Shown: positions 1-9,780 of the stretch, piece after piece
Position numbering within the stretch: position 1 is the stretch's first letter
How the letters are laid out: the number at the start of each line of letters is the position of its first letter
Source: an uncultured Pseudomonadales bacterium
GTDB lineage: Bacteria > Patescibacteriota > Microgenomatia > UBA1400 > UBA1396
Assembly (NCBI GenBank): GCA_964447905.1
Contig: CAYUUK010000007.1
Coordinates: forward strand, 513 to 64,512
Reading direction: 5' to 3'
Length of the DNA stretch: 64,000 nucleotides
Made by a program: the position numbers and the translations under genes
Notes under the pieces: model-generated
Seen by the model: the letters and a program-made list of their open reading frames with translations, nothing else
Database searches by the model: none
What the model was told of the DNA's origin: nothing

Positions 1-22
1 TGATATTTTAGATTTCTAGCTG

Positions 23-343
23 TTATCTAGGTGAGTTTTTGCCAAGTCTCTTTAGCATCAAAACAGCCGTACCACCAAGAACAAACGGATAAGCAACAAA
101 CAAAAATACAAATTCCATCAGTGAGAGTGCGGCGGTGCCGTTTGCGAGACGTGTGAGCCAATCATACCAGGTGCTGAGTCCGAATTGGGCGGCGAGGGAG
201 TTGGTGGCGATAGCCACTATAAGGATGGCCCAGCCAGTAAAAAAAGTGTGTCGGATGTGTTTCCAATTCATACCTTCTAGTGTAGCAAAACCTGCTACAC
301 TAGCACACTCACAAGTATGGCTCACCTCAAAAAGTACTACCAA
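23..343 (-). CDS. hypothetical hydrophobic (membrane) protein
   Basis: ORF with predicted TM stretches; no recognisable family; overlaps start of the next gene. Confidence 0.25.
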   Translation of the reverse strand: MVVLFEVSHTCECASVAGFATLEGMNWKHIRHTFFTGWAILIVAIATNSLAAQFGLSTWYDWLTRLANGTAALSLMEFVFLFVAYPFVLGGTAVLMLKRLGKNSPR

Positions 344-979
344 AAATACCTTGAAGATTTTGAAATCGATAGCTCCTTAGTAGGGCCACTTGTTGCGAAG
401 GGAAAGCAGCACCGTGTGCATCTGTATGGCAAGGATCAGGTTATAAAAATACCACGAGCTTCAATCTATATGCGCTCATATGGTCAGTTTACTGCAGATC
501 AGGTGGAGCGGGATATTGCTTTCATTGCGGAGCATTTTCCAGATTTAGTACTTCCAACACTGGTCTTGAGAGGAAACAAAGTTCCAGAACACTACTTATT
601 GCTGCAAGAGTACTTGCCGCACGCCGTTCCGGTAACCATGTATGCCGACAGTGTAGTGCGCGGTCAGTTACGGATACTGATGCAGCGGAATATGGAGTTA
701 TTGCGAAAGAAACACTTTTTTCTCGATATTTTCGGATACAAGGGGTTTACGGAGAGTTTGCGGGCGTTATGGCCGATGTCGAGCGCCCTCGCGCAGTTGA
801 CGAATGTACTGGTCAAAAGAACTCATGAAGAGTCTCCACGCTTAGTTCTGGTCGATACCAATTTGTCGCATCTAAATCAAAAGGGTGAGTTTCGACTTAC
901 GCATCGCGCGATCTATTTGTTTACTATTTTGCTCTCAATTGGTTTGTACTGGATTCACTTTCGCAAGATCGAGCGTTGA
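317..979 (+). CDS. hypothetical protein, possibly a small kinase-like fold
   Basis: 220 aa ORF. Motifs VIKIP and LVLVDTNL loosely resemble Kdo/RIO-type small kinases, with weak support. TGA stop. Confidence 0.35.
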   Translation: MAHLKKYYQKYLEDFEIDSSLVGPLVAKGKQHRVHLYGKDQVIKIPRASIYMRSYGQFTADQVERDIAFIAEHFPDLVLPTLVLRGNKVPEHYLLLQEYLPHAVPVTMYADSVVRGQLRILMQRNMELLRKKHFFLDIFGYKGFTESLRALWPMSSALAQLTNVLVKRTHEESPRLVLVDTNLSHLNQKGEFRLTHRAIYLFTILLSIGLYWIHFRKIER

Positions 980-983
980 CCAT

Positions 984-2826
984 GTTACACTATAGCTAGA
1001 AAGTAACAATGGTTGATGGTGCTGTTTTTTTTGATGTAGATGCAATGGGCTCTGAGCGCGGTGGGGATCGACGAGCGGAGACACTTCTCCACCATGAGAG
1101 AGTACAACAGCGAATTCAGCAGATAGACTCACTAGTGAGCGAACTCAGCGGTGCCAAAAGTACTGCAGAGCAAGCTGGCCTGTTTGCGGACTCTGCACTG
1201 GCGAGTGAGCTGCAAAGGTACCACGAGCAAAATAGTGAAATTGGTGCAGAAGATACAGAGAATGTTCAGAAACTTTCCGAGTACTTAAACGAAAACCCAC
1301 AAGTATTCATCGCAATTTTTCAGGATCTGGCGTTTACGGTGGCTGATTTTTTGCGTTCGCGAGTGAGTGAGCAAACGCTCATGCTGGAAGTAGAACATAT
1401 TCATGATGTGGTCGCTAACTGTGCCCGTGTCTTTCCAAACGAACCCGTCTTGCAGCTTATTGCGGCGGTACATGATATCTATAAATATTCGTCTCCAGAT
1501 CCTGAAGGTGCGGAAAAATTTGGCACAGCGCAACTGGGACTTCACGAGTTTATGAGCACGGTCCTCGGTGGTGAGGTTCTTGCTGCTGCCTTAGAGAAGC
1601 ATGATGTGAGCTCTGAACAAGTGGAGAGTGCCACTTTGGTAGCTCGGCGAGCAATTCTTACGCATGGAAAAGGGGAATTCCCAGAAGTAACCGCGGAGCA
1701 GCTAGCGCAAGGTGAGCGATATGCCATTGATTCAAATGACTCGTTTCAAAATGAAAACGAAGCACCGTATTTGCAGCCATTGTTTGGATCGTTGTATGTC
1801 CATACCCCATTAAAAGCGGTACCAAAACACTCCGTAACTGAGGCAAATGAAGTAGAGAGAATCATTGCCGGCATGAATGCACTTGACGCAATTACCGGCA
1901 CAACGTTACACTATAGCTAGAAAGTAACAATGGTTGATGATGCTGTTTTTTTTGATGTAGATGCAATGGGCTCTGAGCGCGGTGGGGATCGACGAGCGGA
2001 GACACTTCTCCACCATGAGAGAGTACAACAGCGAATTCAGCAGATAGACTCACTAGTGAGCGAACTCAGCGGTGCCAAAAGTACTGCAGAGCAAGCTGGC
2101 CTGTTTGCGGACTCTGCACTGGCGAGTGAGCTGCAAAGGTACCACGAGCAAAATAGTGAAATTGGTGCAGAAGATACAGAGAATGTTCAGAAACTTTCCG
2201 AGTACTTAAACGAAAACCCACAAGTATTCATCGCAATTTTTCAGGATCTGGCGTTTACGGTGGCTGATTTTTTGCGTTCGCGAGTGAGTGAGCAAACGCT
2301 CATGCTGGAAGTAGAACATATTCATGATGTGGTCGCTAACTGTGCCCGTGTCTTTCCAAACGAACCCGTCTTGCAGCTTATTGCGGCGGTACATGATATC
2401 TATAAATATTCGTCTCCAGATCCTGAAGGTGCGGAAAAATTTGGCACAGCGCAACTGGGACTTCACGAGTTTATGAGCACGGTCCTCGGTGGTGAGGTTC
2501 TTGCTGCTGCCTTAGAGAAGCATGATGTGAGCTCTGAACAAGTGGAGAGTGCCACTTTGGTAGCTCGGCGAGCAATTCTTACGCATGGAAAAGGGGAATT
2601 CCCAGAAGTAACCGCGGAGCAGCTAGCGCAAGGTGAGCGATATGCCATTGATTCAAATGACTCGTTTCAAAATGAAAACGAAGCACCGTATTTGCAGCCA
2701 TTGTTTGGATCGTTGTATGTCCATACCCCATTAAAAGCGGTACCAAAACACTCCGTAACTGAGGCAAATGAAGTAGAGAGAATCATTGCCGGCATGAATG
2801 CACTTGACGCAATTACCGGCACAACG
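984..2826 (+). repeat. perfect tandem direct duplication, 2 x 921 bp
   Basis: The string gttacactatagctagaaagtaacaatggttgatg recurs at 984 and 1905. Both copies translate identically over 297 aa except G4D (ggt vs gat). The junction reads acaacg|ttacac. Confidence 0.9.
1009..1920 (+). pseudogene. 5-prime fragment copy of the downstream gene 1930..3222, created by the tandem duplication
   Basis: First 297 aa identical to 1930..3222 apart from G4D. It then reads LHYS-stop across the duplication junction. Confidence 0.5.
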
Positions 2827-3222
2827 CATCAGGCCTTTTTAAAGTACAACAATGCCTACTCCAGTGAACAGGTTGCTAGCTACGGCAGTGTTGGTGAGTA
2901 TTTCTCTGGGGCCCTTTTACGGTCCTTTGACTCTACAATGGCGGTAGATGCGCTCCAGTGGCTCGCGAACGATGCGGTTGCACCGAGCATCTACGAGCAA
3001 AACGAACTCAAGGCGATGATTGCTGAAAATACAAACATCAAAAATGCTCTGCAGGCTCAAGCAAATGAAATATCGAGTAATCATGAGGTGGCGAAGTGTT
3101 TCGACGCGCTTCGAGTGGCTGTAAGCAGCTCTGATGTAGAGGCCATTTCGACTGAGCGGCGTGCATTTGATGACGCACTGCAAGGATTTATTGGGGCAGT
3201 TGTTCTCTCGCTCGAGTGGTAG
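1930..3222 (+). CDS. hypothetical acidic cytoplasmic protein (orphan, no recognisable domain)
   Basis: 430 aa ORF, helical and acidic in composition, no TM; full-length copy of the duplicated gene. Confidence 0.55.
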   Translation: MVDDAVFFDVDAMGSERGGDRRAETLLHHERVQQRIQQIDSLVSELSGAKSTAEQAGLFADSALASELQRYHEQNSEIGAEDTENVQKLSEYLNENPQVFIAIFQDLAFTVADFLRSRVSEQTLMLEVEHIHDVVANCARVFPNEPVLQLIAAVHDIYKYSSPDPEGAEKFGTAQLGLHEFMSTVLGGEVLAAALEKHDVSSEQVESATLVARRAILTHGKGEFPEVTAEQLAQGERYAIDSNDSFQNENEAPYLQPLFGSLYVHTPLKAVPKHSVTEANEVERIIAGMNALDAITGTTHQAFLKYNNAYSSEQVASYGSVGEYFSGALLRSFDSTMAVDALQWLANDAVAPSIYEQNELKAMIAENTNIKNALQAQANEISSNHEVAKCFDALRVAVSSSDVEAISTERRAFDDALQGFIGAVVLSLEW

Positions 3223-3253
3223 ATATTTTGTTTTTGTATGCTACTATTCAGGC

Positions 3254-3529
3254 ATGACACATAAGAATGCATCTGAACGCGGACTTGAACCAGTTTCTCC
3301 TCGAGAGTATGACGAGATTCCAGAATTTGTGCGTACCGCACCGGAAACGAGCGAAGAAATACTCGCGCGCTGGCAAGACCCACAAGAATTCCAGAATGAT
3401 GTTGCAGCTGGAAAAGTAATCGACGCTGGCATTGGTACGATTGGTGGTGAGGAAGTCGTTCTGTTTTTCTTACCGGCTCCTGGGGATGATGATCAGACTG
3501 AATATGTGAATCATTTTGGAACCATATAG
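3254..3529 (+). CDS. hypothetical small protein, possibly interrupted by an in-frame TAG
   Basis: Internal ATG of ORF 3161..3529. The same frame stays open and protein-like for about 60 codons past the TAG, to 3712. Confidence 0.3.
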   Translation: MTHKNASERGLEPVSPREYDEIPEFVRTAPETSEEILARWQDPQEFQNDVAAGKVIDAGIGTIGGEEVVLFFLPAPGDDDQTEYVNHFGTI

Positions 3530-3736
3530 GCGCGCTACGTAGATGGCCAAATTATTGCTTGTCCAATTGTCTCTCTGCCGAGGGAACAGGGGAAAGAACT
3601 TTTGCGGGCTGTTGGTTGGCTTGAAAAAGAGAAAACCATACCCCAACATATTGGTGCATTCTTGCAGCAGATACTGGCATTTGTGCGGCGAGAGATTCGT
3701 TAGTTTTTTCTCATACCACCTTGCTACAATTACGGA

Positions 3737-4951
3737 ATGTCTCTCTTTGAAGCCTACACGAAAAAAACGGTATCCTACTCCGATTCTCTGAGTGGTAAGA
3801 ATTTTCGTTTCACCGTTTCCCAAGAGCTGTTTAGTTCTCAGTCAGTTGATCTAGTAACGCAACGCCTGTTGCGAGCACTTTCCTACGCAAAAGTGAGTGG
3901 GTACCGTAAAATTCTCTATCTAGGATGTGGCTACGGACCTCTCGGTATTGTGCTTCAGCAGCGTGAGCCAGACTCAGAAGTACATTTTGTTGATCGTGAT
4001 GCACTCGCTCTCGAGTTTACGCGTATGAATGCGCAGCTGAATGCAGTTCAGCAGAAAAAAGAGTACGCCTGCCTCGGCTATGATGGTATTTCTGAGAGTG
4101 ATTTCGATCTGATAGTTTCCAATATTCCGGCCAAAGTTGGGCCAGAAGTACTTCGCCACATGCTCTTGGACGGGCGGTATTGCATGCAGGAGAACGGCAC
4201 TGTGGCGGTGGTGGTTATCGAACCAATAGCTGCGTTTTGCCGTGAAGTGTTACAAGCAGATGACAGCGTTGACCTTTTCTTCGAACGAACGTGGCCTGGG
4301 CATACGGTGTTTATCTATCGGTTTGTTGGTCAGTCAAAAGCCACGGAGTATATATCTGCCCAGGAGCGAGGTCTGTTTGCGCGGGGCAAGTACCCGCTTC
4401 GGTTTCGGGGAAAAGAGTTTCAGATGGATGTAAGCCATGACATCGCCGAGTTTTCGCAACTGAGCTTTGATACTCGATTGATTTTGCAAGCGCTTCCCAA
4501 GCTCCCGCAACAAAAAAAGCAGGCAGTATTTCTTTTTCCTGGGCTAGGACACCTAGCAGTAGCCGCAGCCTCATTTTTACGACCAGACTCCACAACCCTT
4601 ATTGACCGGGACTTACTCGCCCTACAAACTACAAAGGCTAATCTGGTCCGCTCTGGCATACCACAAGAGAAGATTGTCTCACTCCATCAGGCTGATTTTT
4701 CGGTACCTCTGGCGCAGGAAGTAGATCTTATTTTTGGTGTTTTGCCAGAGAAAACTTCAGTTGAGGTTCTGTCTCTTTGGAAAGATCAGATTGAACGCCA
4801 ATTAGTTGCAGGAGGCACAGCCGTATTTGCATCGAGCTCAACGGCTATTACACGCTGGTTAGATGAATTATCTCGCACCCACGGATTTCGGATTTTGGAT
4901 CGCGAGAAAAATAAAGGTCGAAGTCGACTTATAGTACAAAAAAAGAAGTAA
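3737..4951 (+). CDS. SAM-dependent rRNA (guanine-N2) methyltransferase, RsmC/RlmG-like tandem methyltransferase
   Basis: LGCGYGPLG SAM-binding motif; VSNIP (NPPY-like) motif; a second degenerate methyltransferase repeat in the C-terminal half. Confidence 0.6.
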   Translation: MSLFEAYTKKTVSYSDSLSGKNFRFTVSQELFSSQSVDLVTQRLLRALSYAKVSGYRKILYLGCGYGPLGIVLQQREPDSEVHFVDRDALALEFTRMNAQLNAVQQKKEYACLGYDGISESDFDLIVSNIPAKVGPEVLRHMLLDGRYCMQENGTVAVVVIEPIAAFCREVLQADDSVDLFFERTWPGHTVFIYRFVGQSKATEYISAQERGLFARGKYPLRFRGKEFQMDVSHDIAEFSQLSFDTRLILQALPKLPQQKKQAVFLFPGLGHLAVAAASFLRPDSTTLIDRDLLALQTTKANLVRSGIPQEKIVSLHQADFSVPLAQEVDLIFGVLPEKTSVEVLSLWKDQIERQLVAGGTAVFASSSTAITRWLDELSRTHGFRILDREKNKGRSRLIVQKKK

Positions 4952-4998
4952 GATATTTTTGGTTTTTACCAGGATATATTGTTTCTTTTTGATGGTGG

Positions 4999-5199
4999 GT
5001 GTACGCTAAAGCTATGTCCAAATCTTCATCTTTTCGTCCATCATGTGGTGATGCTGTCTACAGCCTGGGTTTGATTGGCGCGCTGATTTACTATTTGACC
5101 CACGCCGGAAATATTACCGAAGGTTTATGGGGGATTGGTAAAGCGCTCTTTTGGCCAGCCTATTTACTGTACAAACTCCTTGAAATGTGGCAAGTATGA
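4999..5199 (+). CDS. small hydrophobic protein
   Basis: 66 aa ORF with one or two TM segments; its stop overlaps the next start (ATGA). Confidence 0.3.
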   Translation: MYAKAMSKSSSFRPSCGDAVYSLGLIGALIYYLTHAGNITEGLWGIGKALFWPAYLLYKLLEMWQV

Positions 5200-5585
5200 C
5201 CAGAAAAAAGATTGTATTAATCCTTGGCGGTACTGCTGCTGGGGCTCTAGTGTTTGGTTTTCTCACTTTTGTGGCCGCAAGTATCTGGATTGGCTCAGCT
5301 GTACAGAAAAACTGCCGCGTAGCGGTTGAGAAATACGGTGGAGAGTGCGTAGACGCTCTCGTGAGTGAGTTCACTGATCCCTCGCAGACCTATACCGAGA
5401 GAAACGACGCCATCTGGGCGCTGGGTCAACTCGGAGATGAGAAAGCGCTGTCTGTTTTGCAAGCGTATTACACAGGAGAGATGGAGAAAACTGCGTATTC
5501 AGAAGAAATTTCTCAATACGAACTCAGTAAAGCAATTCAATTGCTAGAGTCTGGTTTTAACCCGACCCACTGGTTCCGTTTCTAG
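5196..5585 (+). CDS. membrane-anchored HEAT/PBS-lyase-repeat protein
   Basis: N-terminal TM; AIWALGQLGDEKALSVL is a HEAT-like repeat signature. Confidence 0.45.
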   Translation: MTRKKIVLILGGTAAGALVFGFLTFVAASIWIGSAVQKNCRVAVEKYGGECVDALVSEFTDPSQTYTERNDAIWALGQLGDEKALSVLQAYYTGEMEKTAYSEEISQYELSKAIQLLESGFNPTHWFRF

Positions 5586-5602
5586 ATTCTCTCTGTTCTT
5601 GG

Positions 5603-7664
5603 TTATTTTTTTAGAGGTAGTTTCTTGGCGAGGAGTGTCGCTATTCCCAGTGTGGGGAAGAATGCCATGAGGACCCAATACGTTTGCGCTTGGGGTGATT
5701 GAAACGGAACCGAAAGTGTATTCCAAGCCAGTTGGAGCAGAGCTGATGGGTTCTGTACGAGTTCTTTTTTGTTTGGGAAGTACACGGTATAGAATCGAGT
5801 TATACCTTGTTCGCCTATCCAGAGTGAGACGCTTGGAATGGGTGTATCGACTGCTAGTGACAGGGCATAAGCCTGGCCTTTGGAATCAGCTTGTATTGGT
5901 AAGCCAATGGGGAAATTTCGGCCGTCATGCAAGATAAGCAGACTGTGACGACTTGTGGTGATAGTTTCCGTATTTTTGAGGATTGAGGTGACGAGATATG
6001 GTATGCCTTGGTTTTTTTCTTCCTCTGTTTCTTCTCGGAGGCGGCGATCAAGAGAAACGAGGATCATCCCCAAGTTGTCTTGGTATGCCGTGAATGGCAC
6101 AGTAACCGATTCTTCCATGAGCGAGATACGATCTTGGGAAATGGTTTCTTCGTGAGCATGTACAAAAGCCGTAAGTGGCAGCGGCGGTCTTTGTCCCACC
6201 CAGACCACCAGTGTGGCAAACACGAGCAGAATGACAAAAAGATACCAGGGATGAAAACGAAAACGCGGTGTGCGCAGGGATTTCCACCACTGCGTAAAGG
6301 TTTGCTGGAAGTAGTTGGGTCGTAGAAATTCCGAGGTTTCTTTATTGGCCTGTTTGCCGCGTGAGAAGTACGGTTTTTCGAGATAGGTGTTGAGACCAAT
6401 ACTTAAAAACAGAGTCAGTGCTGCTGATATTCCAGCAATCCAGAGTGTGCTGAGAAGTGAAGTAGGGGCCCCATTTTTGGTAAAAATCTCAATGGCAATC
6501 GTGTGTGTGAGGTAGATCGAGTAGCTCAGTGTTCCCAACCACACGAGCAGTTTGGATTCAAAGAACTGGGCGAACCGATTCTTTCCGAGAGTCACTGCCA
6601 GCACACCAGCTAGCGGAAGAGCCAGGAGCATCTGAATGGCGCTGTGTGAGTAGCTAGGGAAAAATGTGAAGAGAACCGGGGTGCCGAGAAGTATGATGGT
6701 AGCTAGGCTCGCGCCGATGAGGGAGCGTTCTTGCATGAAGCGGTGGAAGAAATGCCAAGATGGTGGGCGAGTGATTTCCCACTGCGCTACCAAATAACCC
6801 ATGATGAAGTAAACAAAGTACCCGATATTGAGAATATGAAATCCAAGCACTGAGTGTGCCGCTAATGAGAGTCCATAGAAACTAATGAGGCTAGCGATCA
6901 CGGCGAGTGTTTGGAGCACTCTATTGCGAGTAAGCGCAAAAAAGCGGAACAGTGGCAGGAGGAGAATTGGGTACAAAAGATAAAATAAAACCTCAATGGT
7001 CAGACTCCAATACACGCCGTCAAGTTGACCAATATAGACGCCAAACGGCAATGTCATGGTGCCGTTTACGGCCACAGTGGCTACCATCTGGAGCCATTTG
7101 CTCCACTCAAGATAAAACACTGGTGCCGGAGTCATTGGTAGAAGGAAGACATACCACAGTGCCACCGCGATTTGGAGAGCAAAGAATGTGAAGAAGAGTG
7201 CTTTTTCGATTGGTGCTTCGGCTGCGCTTCTTTGTATTTTTCGCCACAATGTGCCAAAGCTCCACGCTACTCCCAGGACAATAACCGAGACAACCAGTGG
7301 ATTCATATATTCCCAGAAAAAACGTATACAACCCAGACTCACAACCATTCCAAGAAGTGGGGGAAAAACGCGAGCGTAGCGTTTTAGCCAGAATGACCAG
7401 ACATTGGGAATCGTGCCGTACAGCTTGCCAATGAGGAAGCCACTCAATAAAAAGAGAAAAATGACCCCAGTTTTGCCATTCTGTGTGAGGATTTGATGCA
7501 GAAAAAAAGAGCTCATTGGGAAGTGCCGCACCAAGTGGAGCGAGTCGTAAGTGGTTCAGAAAAACAAGGATAACCGCAAAGCCGCGTAATCCGTCGAGTG
7601 CGAGAATTCTGGGACGAGAACGAACGTTTTTGTTACTCATGTTGAATTCGTTTTTTGACAACAC
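5603..7664 (-). pseudogene. acyltransferase family 3 (OafA/YrhL-like) membrane protein, frame broken at a T7 run
   Basis: N-terminal motif RILALDGLRGFAVILVFLNH is in the frame of ORF 7107..7664. The FLFLLSGFLIG...WLKRYARVFP core is in the frame of ORF 5603..7534. Removing one T from the T7 run (plus-strand A7 at 7502-7508) joins them as ...PNELFFLHQILTQNGKTGVIFLFLLSGFLIG. Confidence 0.6.
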
Positions 7665-7734
7665 TCATGACAGCATCATAGCACTTTTTTCATCCGCATT
7701 TTATGCAAAACCCAAATGGGTATATCATAGAGTC

Positions 7735-9534
7735 ATGAAGAAACTTTTCCATGTGTTGGCAGCGTGTGCTGTATTTGTGAGTACAGTCGCGCCAGTGTTT
7801 GCTGTGGAAAGCATTGCAAGTTTTCAGTCGCAAATACAGGTTTTTCCAGATTCAGATTTACAGATTACTGAGCGAATTCTGTATACAACTACGGAAGAAA
7901 AGCACGGTATTTATCGCTATATTCCGGAGCGCTACGCTCGCTCTGGTTGGAATCAACAGGCAAGAATTCACGTTGACTCCGTCGCAGATTTTTCAAGTGA
8001 ACCAATTCCGTATGAGCTTTCACGCGAGAGTGGAAATGTGGTTTTGAAAATTGGTGATCCAGATACCACGTTTGTGGGGGAGCAAGAGTATGAGATTCAG
8101 TACACTGTGCAGAATGGCGTACAGTTTTTGCGTTCTGAGCAAGTGCCAGACAGTGATTTAGAGGGTGCTCCGTACTTACCTGAGTTGTACTGGGACATTA
8201 CTGGAGAGGGCTGGCAAGTGCCGATTGCGAGTGTGGCTGCGGAGGTGCGCGCGCCGCACGCCGGCGTGCGGCGCGCGCAGTGCTACTCCGGAGCCTATGG
8301 CGGTGATGATCAGCTCTGCCAGGTGATTATCACCGATGCGGGTGAGGCCGTGCAATTCATGTACACCGAAACAATTTCTGAGGGCGATAACATGACTGTC
8401 GCCGTGCAATTTGATCCCACCGCCGCGTGGGAATACCCTACAGAGCAAGAGCTGTGGTGGCGTCGAGTGCGCGAGAATGCTTTGATTTTGCCACTCTTTT
8501 TACCAGGGAGTATCCTTGTCTTTTCGTGGTGGAAGTGGGGACGAGATCGCGAGTTTGTGTCTTGGAATGTGTGGAACGACAGCGATGATCGACCGCAGCG
8601 CTGGGCACCACTCTTTTCTCGCCGCCAAGTGCCGTTTGCGTATGAGCCACCAACAGACCTCACTCCTGGTCAATCTGGTGCTATGCTCGATAATCGTGTC
8701 GATGCTCAAGATGTTATTGCCGAGATTCTGGATTTGGCAAGAAAAAAGTTTCTACGTATTGAAGCCGTTGAGAAGAAAAAGATGCTTTGGGGAAAGGAAA
8801 CAGACTATCGGTTCGTGCGACTGAAAAAATCAGATTCTGGTTTGCCAGAATACCAATCATACTTGCTCGAACACCTGTTTCCGAAAGATGCAGAAGAAAG
8901 CACACTTTCTGAGCTGAAAGGGAGTTTTTCCACCCACTTTGCCAAGGTGCAGCAGCAGTTAATGAGGTCCCTAGTCGCCGCAGGCTACAACCGCCACAAT
9001 CCAACACAAACGCGTGGTGGAGTATTTGGCTTAGCCATCATTTTGAGTGGTGCCGGTTTTGTATGGAGTTTCGTCTTGTTAGAGAGAGGGCTGTATTGGG
9101 GGTTAGGTCTGGCGCTGGTGTCTGGTGTGGTCAGTCTCGCTCTGGCGGCAGTTTTTTCAGTTCGCACGGCTCGAGGAAGAAATGCCTACTGGCGTGCCCG
9201 CGGCCTGAAGAAAATGATCCAAGCCGGGGCGTGGCGGCAGGAGATTCAAGAAAAACACCTCTTTATTGAAGAAGTGTTCCCATATGCGGTTGCGTACGGA
9301 GTGGTCAAGAAACTCAGTACGGACATGGAAGATTTACAGGTTGCACCGCCAGAATATTTGTCGAACTCCGCTCTGGTGCCATTTACCACTGCACATTTTG
9401 TGCAGCATTTTTCAGAAACAGCCGCTCAATCACTCTCGTATAATCCCAATTCAGGAAGCTACAGCTCAGGGTCTGGTTTTTCTGGCGGGTTTTCTGGAGG
9501 CGGCGGCGGAGGTGGCGGCGGTAGGAGTTGGTAG
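7735..9534 (+). CDS. DUF2207-family membrane protein
   Basis: Signal peptide MKKLFHVLAACAVFVSTVAPVFA; YIPERY region; two TM; C-terminal Gly-rich tail SGSGFSGGFSGGGGGGGGG typical of DUF2207. Confidence 0.6.
   Translation: MKKLFHVLAACAVFVSTVAPVFAVESIASFQSQIQVFPDSDLQITERILYTTTEEKHGIYRYIPERYARSGWNQQARIHVDSVADFSSEPIPYELSRESGNVVLKIGDPDTTFVGEQEYEIQYTVQNGVQFLRSEQVPDSDLEGAPYLPELYWDITGEGWQVPIASVAAEVRAPHAGVRRAQCYSGAYGGDDQLCQVIITDAGEAVQFMYTETISEGDNMTVAVQFDPTAAWEYPTEQELWWRRVRENALILPLFLPGSILVFSWWKWGRDREFVSWNVWNDSDDRPQRWAPLFSRRQVPFAYEPPTDLTPGQSGAMLDNRVDAQDVIAEILDLARKKFLRIEAVEKKKMLWGKETDYRFVRLKKSDSGLPEYQSYLLEHLFPKDAEESTLSELKGSFSTHFAKVQQQLMRSLVAAGYNRHNPTQTRGGVFGLAIILSGAGFVWSFVLLERGLYWGLGLALVSGVVSLALAAVFSVRTARGRNAYWRARGLKKMIQAGAWRQEIQEKHLFIEEVFPYAVAYGVVKKLSTDMEDLQVAPPEYLSNSALVPFTTAHFVQHFSETAAQSLSYNPNSGSYSSGSGFSGGFSGGGGGGGGGRSW
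8246..8279. repeat. 34 bp perfect GC-rich palindrome inside the DUF2207 coding sequence
   Basis: tgcgcgcgccgcacgcc|ggcgtgcggcgcgcgca reads identically on both strands. Confidence 0.9.
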
Positions 9535-9589
9535 ATTCGTGCAGAGAATGCTGTACAATAATTCTCCACAACGAAGACATTGAGGTATA

Positions 9590-9745
9590 TGGGATATTTA
9601 GATTCTAAAAAAAAGTCAAAGAAAAAAGAACGTGAGCACGTTTCTATGGCTCGTATGGGTAGTCATCAGTCTGTTCGCCCGAGTGGGCAGAACTCCGGTG
9701 GCCAAAAGAATATGCTGAGTCGCCGCAAAGGTGAGCGCTAACACG
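9590..9745 (+). CDS. small basic ORF (51 aa), hypothetical
   Basis: ATG ORF in an otherwise non-coding gap between DUF2207 and greA; Lys/Arg-rich; not in the ORF track (under 60 aa). Confidence 0.2.
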
Positions 9746-9780
9746 CTTCTTGTTTTTGGACACTGTACTCTTGAGAAGTG

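Noticed and set aside
984-2826. Diversity-generating retroelement (template/variable repeat) as an explanation for the duplicated segment
   Set aside because: The copies are adjacent and differ at one position only, with no adenine-specific pattern. No reverse transcriptase is in the window. A plain tandem duplication fits better.
5854-6399. Several 65-111 aa ORFs on both strands inside the acyltransferase gene
   Set aside because: They are embedded in a longer conserved membrane-protein frame and have no independent support.
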